From Paramecium tetraurelia (lineage: Eukaryota), in assembly GCA_000165425.1 (NCBI GenBank), contig CT868053.1, forward strand, positions 1-64,000: a DNA stretch of 64,000 bases, written 5' to 3'. This document shows, in pieces, positions 1 through 11,299 of the stretch (position 1 is its first letter; the number at the start of each line of letters is the position of its first letter). The notes under the pieces were generated by a model. The model made no database searches, was not told where the DNA came from, and saw only the letters and a list, made by a program, of their open reading frames with translations. A program made the position numbers and the translations under genes.

Positions 1-143
1 TTTCCTGCAAAAATGAGTCTTTATTAATCAGGTGGGATTCCTTCCTTGTCTTAAATTTTAGCCTTGACAGCGTCAATAGTGTCTGATGGTTCAACATCAA
101 GAGTAATAGTCTTTCCTGTTAAAGTTTTAACAAATATTTACAT
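1..143 (-). CDS. UBI: Ubiquitin (5' part; gene runs off the window start)
   Basis: Code-6 translation [47 protein letters not shown]; conserved Gln positions are TAA. Confidence 0.97.
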
Positions 144-425
144 TTTCTTTTAAAATTAATAATCAAAAGTTTAATTTCTCAAATTAAGTATAAAAATTTC
201 TCTGATTAATTCTGTGTTCGAAATGTGATTGTACTACTTTTGACCAATCCCATTGGGAAAGTAATTTAAAAACATTCTCTATTTGCTGCTCACTCTCAAA
301 TACCTTAATAAATAGCATGGACCTTTAGCAAATTCAAACAAACGAGAGAGGAAAAAGGCTAAAAACTGGACATTCACCATTTCAAATGAAAAATGTGCAT
401 AATTGTGTATAATAAGTTCTACTTT

Positions 426-830
426 TACTTGAGATAAAAATTTATCAAAATATCTTAAGAATTTTCATAAAACCTTTAAAAAAGAAGAGACATAAAACTA
501 TTAAGTAAATGAATATAGAAAATGAATATACTTGAGATAAAAATTTATCAAAATATCTTAAGAATTTTCATAAAACCTTTAAAAAAGAAGTGACATAAAA
601 CTATTAAGTAAATGAATATAGAAAATGAATATACTTGAGATAAAAATTTATCAAAATATCTTAAGAATTTTCATAAAACCTTTAAAAAAGAAGAGACATA
701 AAACTATTAAGTAAATGAATATAGAAAATGAATATACTTGAGATAAAAATTTATCAAAATATCTTAAGAATTTTCATAAAACCTTTAAAAAAGAAGAGAC
801 ATAAAACTATTAAGTAAATGAATACAGAAA
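426..830. repeat. Tandem array of four near-identical 103-bp units
   Basis: Unit TACTTGAGATAAAAATTTATCAAAATATCTTAAG...GAAAATGAATA starts at 426, 529, 632 and 735; one substitution in copy 2 (position 591); copy 4 diverges at its end. Confidence 0.97.
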
Positions 831-883
831 TAGATGAATTATTGATAGATAGAAAAAGTTAATGAATGAATATACAGAGAAAA

Positions 884-1345
884 TCATTATCCACCTCTTA
901 ATCTCAACACTAAGTGGAGAGTTGATTCCTTTTAAATGTTATAGTCTGAAAGTGTTCTTCCATCTTCTAATTACTTTCCTGCAAAAATGAGTCTTTATTA
1001 ATCAGGTGGGATTCCTTCCTTGTCTTAAATTTTAGCCTTGACAGCGTCAATAGTGTCTGATGGTTCAACATCAAGAGTGATGTTTTTTCCAGTCAAAGTC
1101 TTAACGAAAATTTACATTCCACCTCTCAATCTCAACACTAAGTGGAGAGTTGATTCCTTTTAAATGTTATAGTCTGAAAGTGTTCTTCCATCTTCTAATT
1201 ACTTTCCTGCAAAAATGAGTCTTTATTAATCAGGTGGGATTCCTTCCTTGTCTTAAATTTTAGCCTTGACAGCGTCAATAGTGTCTGATGGTTCAACATC
1301 AAGAGTAATAGTCTTTCCAGTCAAAGTCTTAACGAAAATTTACAT
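884..1345 (-). CDS. UBI: Di-ubiquitin precursor (2 x 76 aa + C-terminal Gln)
   Basis: 462 nt = 154 codons; two head-to-tail ubiquitin units ending LRLRGG, then Q and TGA. Confidence 0.97.
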
Positions 1346-1434
1346 TTTCTTTTAAAATTAATAATCAAAAGTTTAATTTCTCAAATTAAGTATAAAAATT
1401 TCTCTGATTAATTCTGTGTTCGAAATGTGATTGT
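1346..1434 (-). promoter_or_regulatory. ~90-bp 5' flank duplicated in front of both ubiquitin genes
   Basis: 1346-1434 matches 144-232 (offset 1202 bp), directly upstream of each ATG. Promoter role is inferred. Confidence 0.6.
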
Positions 1435-1851
1435 TCTATAGCTTGTCTCTAATTATACTTTTAAATAAAATATCTTATGTTCCATTCGATTATACATAAA
1501 AAACTTTATTAGATTAATAATTAAATAATAATATTTTTAACATTTTGTTGCTTATTTTAACGTCAATTGAGTTATATTTTTAATATTGGGAGGAAGATTA
1601 AAATTATATTGATTAAGATTTTTTGAGAATACAATCCAAAAATTTAAACTGGACCCCATGATATTCCTTAAATTATAAAAATTTCATGAATTGTTTAAAT
1701 TAATCTATCACCCAGTAGAACTAAAATTTCTACAAATAAACTCTATTAAAAAATCTTGAATTTTAAATATGAATAATTAAGATTGTATTCTTGTCGAAAG
1801 GAAATTCAACTTAATTTAAATTCTTTTATACTAATATAATAATTTCAATTT

Positions 1852-3180
1852 TCATTGAATTTTCTTGTTTATTTAATAGAAATCAAAAAACTGTTTATTA
1901 TTAATATATTGAAATTGCATATTTTCCTTAATAATTTCCTAGTTTACAATAAGATATTATTATATTTCATCATAGAATAGCCCCTAATTTTAGAATACTT
2001 TAATTAGAGCTATTTAACTCCTACATACTTCCGGTTCTGGAAAACTTAAAAATGTTCTTAAAAATTCTTATATAAATTCTTAAGCGATATCTTCACAATA
2101 CTTAAAAAACATGAGGCTACCATATTCTAATAATATTGCTAATGTTGAAATATTTTCATAATATCTTGAATTTTATATGAATTATTCCAATATAGTTCTA
2201 CCTACAGAGTTGATATATAGTCTTTCAACCATATATTTCTCATGACATAAGTTTTTGACAATTTTTAAGGAGCAAGATTTTACTCCATAAAACTAACTTT
2301 TAATTAACACTCCTAAGTATTTTAACAAACCATAAGTTACAATCAATTATCTAGTAATTTTATTAAATATAATGAACTCTAGACATATTTTTAAAATACT
2401 GTCTAAAACTGATCGATATTAATCTATCCAATTCGGAATAGCATCAATAATTGATTACAAAACTTTTTTTTCCAATAGCAGATGTTTAACATTTTCATAT
2501 CTAATTATATCAGATATTAATTCTATTGCTGTTATGAATTGTCCTGATTGATTAGATTCTTTAAGTAGAATTTAACAAAGTTCTTCAACAACAATCTTTT
2601 TTTCATTAAAAAAATTTTAATCATTAATATTGCAAAGAAGAGCAATTTATTTAATTTTTGTAGCCTAATGAGATTGATATTCAATCATTTGCATTATCCT
2701 TCGAGCACCTATGAATACAATTATTTAAACTTAAATATTGTGTTTATATCTATTATTAGAAGAATGAAGTAGTAAAATAAATAACCTAATAATTTCTAAA
2801 TCATATTTTTTATTTTTTAAAGATATCAACCGAATTAGAATTTACATTAAGCCATTTTCTATGAAAGAATTTTCAAAATGATATTTCTTAAGTGTTTCTT
2901 ATATGAAATTAATTTAATTAAGTACATCTACTTAATTACGATTAAAAGAATTTTCTAAATGAAATAACATTTTAGGAATTAATTACTTCTTTATTATTTA
3001 TGCAATTGGTTCTTCTAAATCGGGATAATTTAAATTTAAATAGATCTTAAATTTTTGTAATCCAAATTGGTACTCCTCGAAGTGGTCAGAGAGAGATAAA
3101 TTTATAAATTCTTCTGTAGCCATTTCTGCATTTTGATCATCATATTGGAAAGTTTGCACTTCTCTTTAAATTTTATCCAT
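1852..3180 (-). CDS. ARM/HEAT-like helical repeat protein, 442 aa
   Basis: Intronless code-6 ORF MDKIQREVQTF...INKKIQ*; repeated ARM-like segments (IIKKQLIPKML, FIENGLMQILIRLI, IVTYGLLKYLGVLI). Confidence 0.6.
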
Positions 3181-3917
3181 CTATATTATTTATATAAAAT
3201 GAATATTATATTTGATTAATTGATTACAAGGTTTTCTTTAGATAAATTAGACGAAAATCCTATACTGATTCTATTATAGAGGCTTCTGAAGGACTTAGCT
3301 AAGCATTATAAATTCAATCAAAGGTTTAAAATAAGGAGGGCTAGTTATGTATTTATCATGCTAGTTTTTTCTGCAATATTGATCACAATAATTAAACTCT
3401 GCTAGTCTTTGGTTTTAATTGGGTTTGTAATTTGCAGGTCCTTTTTAGTAATAAATGGATTTAATATTTAGACATTAAAAATATCAGAATCAAATAAGTC
3501 TTTAGGGCTTGAATTAATGAATTGGGTTTTTTTAGCTTTCCTACTTTTGTTTCATCCATTTTTACAAAAAATTGATTTTATCCCCCCTTTTATTGAGTTA
3601 TTTCTGTATAATTTTCCATGGCTTCAAAATTCCAAGTACAAAGTAATATGAATATAGATATACAATTGAATTGTTTGAATTACTCAATTCATTACTACCT
3701 GAAAATATAAAACATGGTCTTAAAAAACCACAAAAGGAAAACGAGAAGGAATAATTTTAATTCCAATTGGTGTTAGAGGCGTAAAAATAGAATAGAGTTA
3801 ATTTAAGAATTTGATGTTATTATTTTGTTTAATAATTTATATAAGGCAAATAAGAAAAATAGCAGGATTTTTTTTGAATTTGTTTAAATGGTTCAGATCT
3901 AATAAATAATAATTAAA

Positions 3918-5115
3918 ATGACATAAATTGAAAAATAATCATCAAACGAAAAAGTAACGAAAGACTAAATAGAATAAGATTAAAAATACCAAGATATCTT
4001 TTATAAAAATTGAGAATATATATTTGATTAATNNNNNNNNNNNNNNNNNNNNNNNNNNNNNNNNNNNNNNNNNNNNNNNNNNNNNNNNNNNNNNNNNNNN
4101 NNNNNNNNNNNNNNNNNNNNNNNNNNNNNNNNNNNNNNNNNNNNNNNNNNNNNNNNNNNNNNNNNNNNNNNNNNNNNNNNNNCGGACTACTTTTCCTTCA
4201 ACTTGGTGTTCGAGGCGTCCACCTCGACTCGCGTTCCTTTACGACTTTGATGTTATTCTTTTGTTTCATCCTTTCTCTCCGGCCCATCAGCACCATCGCA
4301 GGATTTTTTTTGCATTTGTTTAAATGGTTCAGCTATCATCCATCCTCCTTCCCCTGCCCGCCCTTGCCCCCGCCTACTACCCCGCCCCCGTCCCGCCCGC
4401 CTCCCTCGCCTCCGCTGCCCCCCCATCCGCGCGCTTTTCGCCCCCTGGAGCATAGAGATTTGATTAAGAAATTTTTGAAGAATTGGCAAAGTAGAAGAAT
4501 TATAATGCATTAGCCAAAATAGCTGAAAAAGATAAAACTTAATTCAAAATATTCAAGAGATTGAAATGGAAAGGCTAATTATATTAAATAAATGAATCAA
4601 TTAGAGTCAATTTTTAGGATAGCTTAAGAATTGGAATAATCAAAAGAATCACAAGCATAAAATCATTTGTTGATAATCAAGAATTGCCATTGCTTCAATT
4701 AAATTGGTACTACTCGAAAATGGATCTCGATTCATAATGGGAACGATATATGAAATGTTTCAGCGAATATGAATTATTCCTCACTGAAATTTCAGATTTC
4801 ATATTTATAGGACAAATTATCGACAAAGTAAAGGTTTTAAGTTTGAATGAATATGATTCATTTTTAGATGATGATATTAGTGGTTAAAATAGATTATTTT
4901 TTATGAGATGCACATACAATGGTGACAAGAAAAGTATAAATCCGAATCCTAATGAATTAGAGAAGGTATGTTTTTGTGATATGCCACAAAATCCAGATCT
5001 AGTCTATATATTTTGTGAATCATGTAAAAAATGGTTACATATGGACTGTGTGCATTTAACTGAAGATGAAGCAAAGAATATTGAGGAGTATATCTGTGTT
5101 TAATGCAATAAGTGA
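3918..5115 (+). CDS. BAH-PHD chromatin reader (EBS/SHL/EPR-1-like), split by an assembly gap
   Basis: BAH motifs LNWYYSK, ELFLTEISD, FFMRCTY followed by PHD VCFCDMPQNPDLVYIFCESCKKWLHMDC...YICVQC*. The ORF is continuous once the duplicated gap flanks are merged; the start is inferred. Confidence 0.85.
4033..4182. other. Assembly gap (150 N) with overlapping flanks
   Basis: 4184-4468 realigns to 3748-4032 at offset 436, with mostly A-to-C differences. Confidence 0.95.
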
Positions 5116-5153
5116 TAATATTTTAATTTAAAAATAAATTTTGTTTAATTCTG

Positions 5154-5720
5154 ATGTCATAAATAGTTTTGGTTGTTGGTCCTTTGAGAGCTGGTAAAAG
5201 CAGCTTAATAGATGCTCTCACTTATGGATAGCTTCATAAGGAAATTTATACTTAGGATATTCATTTCTAAGTAAAATTAGCAAAAATCGCTTAACATAGA
5301 GTTTACGAAGTCCAATCTATAGAATGGGATGGAAAACCATTAGGCCTAATCGAATTTTATTCTAATCTTGCTGATTTAGTCTTGATCGTAGTTAATATTT
5401 GCGGAAATTATGACTAAATGGATTAAGTTCAGGAACTATATTTAACAATCTCTAATTCTTCAAATAGAAAATAATAAATCACTCTAATAGGCAACTGGAA
5501 CGGATAAACTCAAAGAAATTAATAATTATGTTAAAGTATAAGTAGATTTGCAAAATTAAATGACATAAAACTATATGAACTAGATAGTATAAATCTGATT
5601 AATGTTTAAATGGAATTTCATTACATAAGAAATTAATATTCTATTTTTGATGACATTTTCAATAAAAATAAAAATACTATATTGTAAATTGCATCGTAAG
5701 CTGTTACAATATTTAAGTGA
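5154..5720 (+). CDS. Divergent Ras-superfamily small GTPase-like protein, 188 aa
   Basis: N-terminal IVLVVGPLRAGKSSLI P-loop, ADLVLIVVNI strand, ITLIGN at the G4 position. Confidence 0.7.
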
Positions 5721-5790
5721 TTATATATGATTTATGATAAATATAAAGGGGATCAATTGTTAATAAATTAAAAAAGTAATTTAGAATCAA

Positions 5791-6994
5791 TCACAATATA
5801 ATTTATTTTTATTGACTTTGTAGATGTTTTCTCTTATTTAGTCAATTTTGGAAATGATATTTACAATTTTATTCGGATTTTCATTTCTATTCATGATTTT
5901 TTTTTAATAATCTTTGCTTTGGCCATAAAAGATATTGAGTTTAGCTTAGAAATATTATAAATAGATAACCTTCTGTTTCTGAAATTATAGATTCATCAAT
6001 TATGCAATCATCAACTTAATTTGTTGGACAATTTTTATTGTATTTCAATGATTTTTGGATCCCCTAACAAGATTTTTTGGGAAGTCTTTCTGAAATTGGG
6101 TTTTATTTGTTGTCCAACCTAAAATTGATTTTTTAGTTTATTACTCGTAGAAATCTAATTCTCCAATATTATGTAACTCATTGGTTTTCACATTACAATT
6201 CAATTTTAAAGCATCTAGAAAGTGATCTGATGTAGCTCGAAATAGCTTATATCTAAATTTTCATTTTTACTTTTTAATATACTTCCACAATTGGCTATTT
6301 AGTTCCATTTTCCAACTTTAATTATTTTATTCGAGATTATATGTGTGCTGAGTCCAATTTAGGTCTAAATTAATGCTTGATATATACCTGATTAACGCCA
6401 TGTGTTTAGTTCTTGCTTAGATCTTATTCTTAAATACTAAGATAAATTAAAATATTATACTCAACTAATCAGGACTCGACACTAAATTATTATTTCTAAT
6501 TTAGGATCTATAATCTTCTGCTATTAAATTCAAGTGATTTAATCGTTTATTTTCTTAATAATCACTTTTAATATAAGTTCTGTATCCTTATTTTGAGGAC
6601 TTTCTTTCTGGTAGAGAAGGCTGAGTATTTAGAGTTTTTTTAATTTCACTATAGTTTTAATCATGGTTAACAATAAATTCTTTTATGTCATTGTAATCAA
6701 TCATCGTTTCTTATTAAGTAATGGTATGTGTAACATGAAAAGTCTTTCTTTTTGTTAAAATGCTCTAAATATTATCATTAGATTTACGTTTCTATATTTT
6801 TTTGTTGGCAAGCTGTTATTATATTTAATAACATCAACACATGAGGCTTATCCAGAAAGGTAAGTCTCAAATTTATTTTTGAAATCAATAATCTATATTG
6901 GCATTTTGCAAGTCCTTTTTGATTCTGCTGTTGTTGTTGCTCTTTAACTAAATGTTTAATCAAAAAGGGATTTTTGCCTTTTAATATTTTACAT
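5791..6994 (-). CDS. Hypothetical protein (several tiny introns)
   Basis: MQNIKRQKSLFDQTF...IYKSQQKQIIL*; GT-AG micro-introns needed; the internal exon structure was not fully traced. Confidence 0.5.
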
Positions 6995-7291
6995 ATTATA
7001 AAATTCTTATCCCATAAAATTATGAATCAATCAATTAACTTATTAATTTCAGAAAGGAATCATCCTTTATAATGATGTATATCGAAAAGAGATGATTTTA
7101 ATGATTATCATTTTGCTTTCCTTCGGCTGAAATTATATTTTTTATTTCCAATAATATTTCAAAATTATATCAATACTTTATAATTATTCAGTATAAAAAG
7201 TCACAATAACTCATATTTACCAAAAGGAACATATATCTATCTCTCTTATCTAAACTTAAATGCAATTAATTATTTATAATATTGCATGTCC

Positions 7292-8440
7292 TCAAAATAT
7301 TATTTGCTGGTGCAATCCTAATCGCTTAATTAAATGATAGCATAGAATCCCCATTCTAATATTTCTGATGAATTATTTGCAGATAACTTGATATGATAAA
7401 ATAATAATCCATACTTAGACAATTGAATGTAGCTGATTATCGTTTAGATTTGAGACTATAACTTTCTCTACCTTTGCCACGTAATTAGATTGAAGCTCTC
7501 TTGAATCTAATCCATCTAATAATCTGATTCCTCTCATTTTTGTTTATATGGGGTTTGGTTTTATTAATTTTTACTCGCTTCTCCAGGGTTTGAAACCTAA
7601 ACGAGAAAAAATTTTTTCAGTTAATGAGACCCTTTGTTTTTTATTTGATAAATCATGTTAATTATTTAGTTCTTCTTCCAATTCTTTGACTTGCTCATTA
7701 ATTATTTCTTCAACCTATGGAACCACGAGATCCTAATTGTCAGAAGAATTATTCATCTCTTGAAATTATTTCGTCAACTCATCAATTTTCTTTTTCAATT
7801 TTTCATTAGACATTGTGTTTTCTTAATCATTTGTAGATTCAAATTAGTTCAAAATTTAGAATTTTTTTTGATTACTACTACTTACTTAGTTTTCTTTATC
7901 TTCTTGAAACTAAACTCTGAGTTATCGTTTGGAATATTTAGATGCAGATTAATTTACAATTTATTGTTATCCAACTTCTGTTTTTTAAATTATCTAATGT
8001 GCCTAAGATTGAATCTATTTCAACAATTACTCATCTTAATAAATTTTTTACATAATATTTAGTATGTTTCTTTATATAAATTCTGTGTATTTAGATTTCT
8101 CTTTGCATAAAGAATGAAACACAACTAAAATTATTATCCATAGATTATTGTCTTTTAAAAGTTTTTCTCCTATTTGTGTTTTAACTTCAGGTATGAAAAC
8201 TTAGAATGATAAATGTTATTTTAGTATGCTTGAGTCATCGGTTAGTAGTTGAATAGCAAGATCAAAAGAATCATTTTTATTTTGCATATCGAATACAATT
8301 TAAGATAATTATCTTGTGATGATATCGCCATCATGATATTGATATTGAGAATTCTTCTTTGCAAGCTTAGCTGACTTGTTTCCTGATCGGAGTGATTTCT
8401 TAAACAATATATCACTATTGCTAATACCCGGTTCAAACAT
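7292..8440 (-). CDS. Hypothetical protein, 382 aa, central coiled coil
   Basis: Open code-6 frame MFEPGISNSDILFKK...LHQQIIF* (1149 nt). Confidence 0.6.
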
Positions 8441-8692
8441 ATATTTAAATACAAATAATACAACGAAAACACTCTAAAATAAACATGATTAAATCAATGA
8501 TAAAATTTATACAATAATCACCAGAATTCAAAAATACTGATGATGGAAGGGCACAAAGAAGAATGAGACGATTTCAATAATTATGGAAGAATATTTTCAA
8601 TTATTATCATATCAAATAGTTCCAGGATGCATTTGCTTAAGTTAGTTGTTAATTTTAAATTATTTATATAAATATCAATGATTTGAATAAAT

Positions 8693-9487
8693 TCAATTTT
8701 AGAAATAAGAATTCTATTAGCTCTTCAATTCTTAGAGTGATATGGATTGATCTTCAACATTTTCCTAATTGATAAATTGATATCATTTACTTGATAGTCA
8801 CTTCTCATAATATTGTTTCTTTTGGCAATGTTCTTGTCTTAAGATCGTTTCATTTTTTTCTTATATTTTCGCAATTTATAATACAGCACAATTATTGACA
8901 TGATTTAAATAGTAATAATAGTGACCAATAGGACAATAACTAAGATATAAAAAATGGATACTAATAGTCCCAATCAAATAAGAAGAATCTTAAAAGGTAA
9001 ATAATACTTAGACCGTCACCCATGGAACAAGTAATTTAAAAAAAGTTCCATTAACGCATGGCAATTATGTATTATCGACTATAAAGTAAGATGAATCTGT
9101 AATATTTTAGCTAACAGTGCTTGCTCCCAGGATTTGATTTTAGATTGACTGTAGTGTGCAATTTTATGTGCAACTTTAAACATCTTAGAGGATCATAACA
9201 TTCTATTGGTAACATGATATATCTTATGAGTTATTCAGTTCAAGAAAATCAAATTTCTAAGAGTAAACTCCTTATGAATTGTTTTTCTATCTTAATCTAA
9301 AAAATACCAAATTAGCTAATAGTTTTTTTTGGGGTTGAATTTCTTGACTTGCTCCTGATTTATATAAGTTTGAGTGAAAAATGACATATTGATTCTCCAA
9401 CAAAGGGATTTCAATATTTAAATCAATTCTGAGCCCTGTGCTCTCTGAACAATAGACTGTATATATAATAAAAATAATAAAACTCAT
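8693..9487 (-). CDS. Putative single-pass membrane protein with signal peptide
   Basis: Hydrophobic N-terminus MSFIIFIIYTVYC, N-glycosylation sequons, TM segment FYILVIVLLVTIITIQIMSIIVLYY followed by basic KLRKYKKK; 3' end approximate. Confidence 0.55.
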
Positions 9488-10021
9488 AAATTAATAATAA
9501 GTTTGATGCAAAATTAAAGTCATGCTGTAGAAACTCAATAGATCATTCTGACATTTCTATATTGGATATAAAAACAGAAAATTACAAAAAATATGAAATC
9601 AATGCTTGATCACAATTAAGGTGCTATTAAGTCTGATTGCTTTAATTCTTAACAGTTTCTTATTAAAATATATAGGATCTCGAATAAGAATATTTGATTT
9701 CATTAAACTAAGGTGTAATTTAGGAATTCTTAAAAAGATTGATTTCATAATCATTGATAATATTGATATATATATGAATCTAGATTTAGCAATTCTTTTC
9801 ATATCAAATGCTCTGATTTTGGAATAATATATGTATTTTGTATATTCTAATTGTAAGAAAGAGTGTACTGAATTCTTATAAATTGTCAATTAATTTGATT
9901 TATTTGATTAAAATATTAATAATGTAATAATTAGTTTTTTGATTGATTTCTATTAGATGAGGGGAGAATGCTCTTTTAGATATTATTGGAAGCTATATGC
10001 CTTAATATAAAATAAAAAATA

Positions 10022-10774
10022 TCATTGTTGATTGTTGAGTTGAAATTATGATGGATAAATATAAACTGGCACTAACATTGGTGAAGGCACATATATTGGA
10101 ATCTGATAAAGGCAATTCTAATAAAGTTGAACATAAGCAGGTGCTTACTAAACTGATGATTGTTAAATTGGTTGTTGAATTGCAGGAATATATTATTGCT
10201 CTTAAACATCTTGATTCTGCTAACTCTCTTCTTCGTTCAACTTTTATTTTTTCTCAGGTACTATATAGTATGGATTTTTAATATTGAGATATTTGTGTCT
10301 GAGGCATGAATAGAATCGATTTTTAACACTGTTCTCAGATCTTTAGTTGAGAGCTTTAGTAATTACACTCCACTTCCCTCCTATGGATTGATAAAGTTCA
10401 ACAATCTTTTTATCTTCTTCCATACTCCAAGGGGAAGTGTTAATTAATGGATCCAATTAGTTAAGATAATGTTCTCTAACCTATTTTCCAGATCTCTTTT
10501 CAAAAAAAGTGCTTATCAAACACCAATTAAAGCCATGGGCATTAACTAATTCAAGCAATTTAGTGTCTTCTTCCTTAGTCCAAGTTCTTCGAAGCTTGAA
10601 ACCTTTGATACGCTTCCATCTTTGAGAACATTAAGATGGATTACGGCCTTCAATTCTCCTGGCTACTTCAATCCAATCATAGTCTTTGATTCTTTTGAGT
10701 TCAGCCAGCAACCTATCTTCACTAGGTGTCCATGGTTTTCGTTACGATGCAGATGAGTTAGAATTTAATGACAT
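10022..10774 (-). CDS. Three-repeat Myb (R1R2R3) transcription factor, 250 aa
   Basis: KPWTPSEDRLL...W...GRNPSQCSQRW; RTWTKEEDTKL...RSGKQVREHY; SPWSMEEDKKI...KW...RSENSVKNRF; Q/P-rich tail. Confidence 0.93.
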
Positions 10775-11299
10775 ATTTAATTTAACTTTGAAATTATAAT
10801 ATAGTTGTTTAGTATTTATTCAGTTTATTGTTCTTACGGTTAATTTGCAATTAAATTTCTAAAAGTATTGAATAAATAATCATTATTCATTTACTTTTTT
10901 ATCAAGTAATCCATTATCAGATTTTCATCCTCCATCTGAATCTTCATTGCAACTGCTAAAACACCATCTGAAATTCAAAAATCATTAAGAATTCAAAAAC
11001 CCCCTTTTACTCATATTTTACTGAAAAGTACTGTTTAAATAAATAAAATTTGATAATTGCTTCAAAATATCTGATATAATGCTGAGATTATCAAGTTTTA
11101 GCTGCGCATATCAACATATTTGAATCTTCATATCACAAAAATGAAATTAATTTAAATATATCAAAATGATTAGATATTATAAAATTATCTATTCCCAGAA
11201 CTTAACTTGAGTATCTAGTTATTATTTAATAAAAAGTTTTAGTGTTAATTTAGTTTAAATATAAAAATTATATAAGAAATTTATAATATAAATATTTAA

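Noticed and set aside
352..390. Peptide KKAKNWTFTISN resembling CRESS-virus Rep motif I
   Set aside because: The frame has no ATG, stops within ~15 codons, and no HUH or Walker motifs follow; most likely chance.
426..830. CRISPR array or IES concatemer interpretation of the 103-bp repeats
   Set aside because: There are no unique spacers or cas genes and the host is eukaryotic. Units can be phased at TA, but the ends do not fit the TAYAG IES consensus, and copy 4 ends imprecisely.
4024..4513. Pro-rich and Gly/Arg-rich ORFs, and an apparent GC-rich foreign island
   Set aside because: They are a product of A-to-C miscalls in a duplicated gap flank.
7691..8062. Hydrophobic ORF-track calls such as this one (also 10048-10281, 31525-31806, 34143-34646, 40651-40907)
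   Set aside because: They are antisense shadows of real code-6 genes on the other strand.
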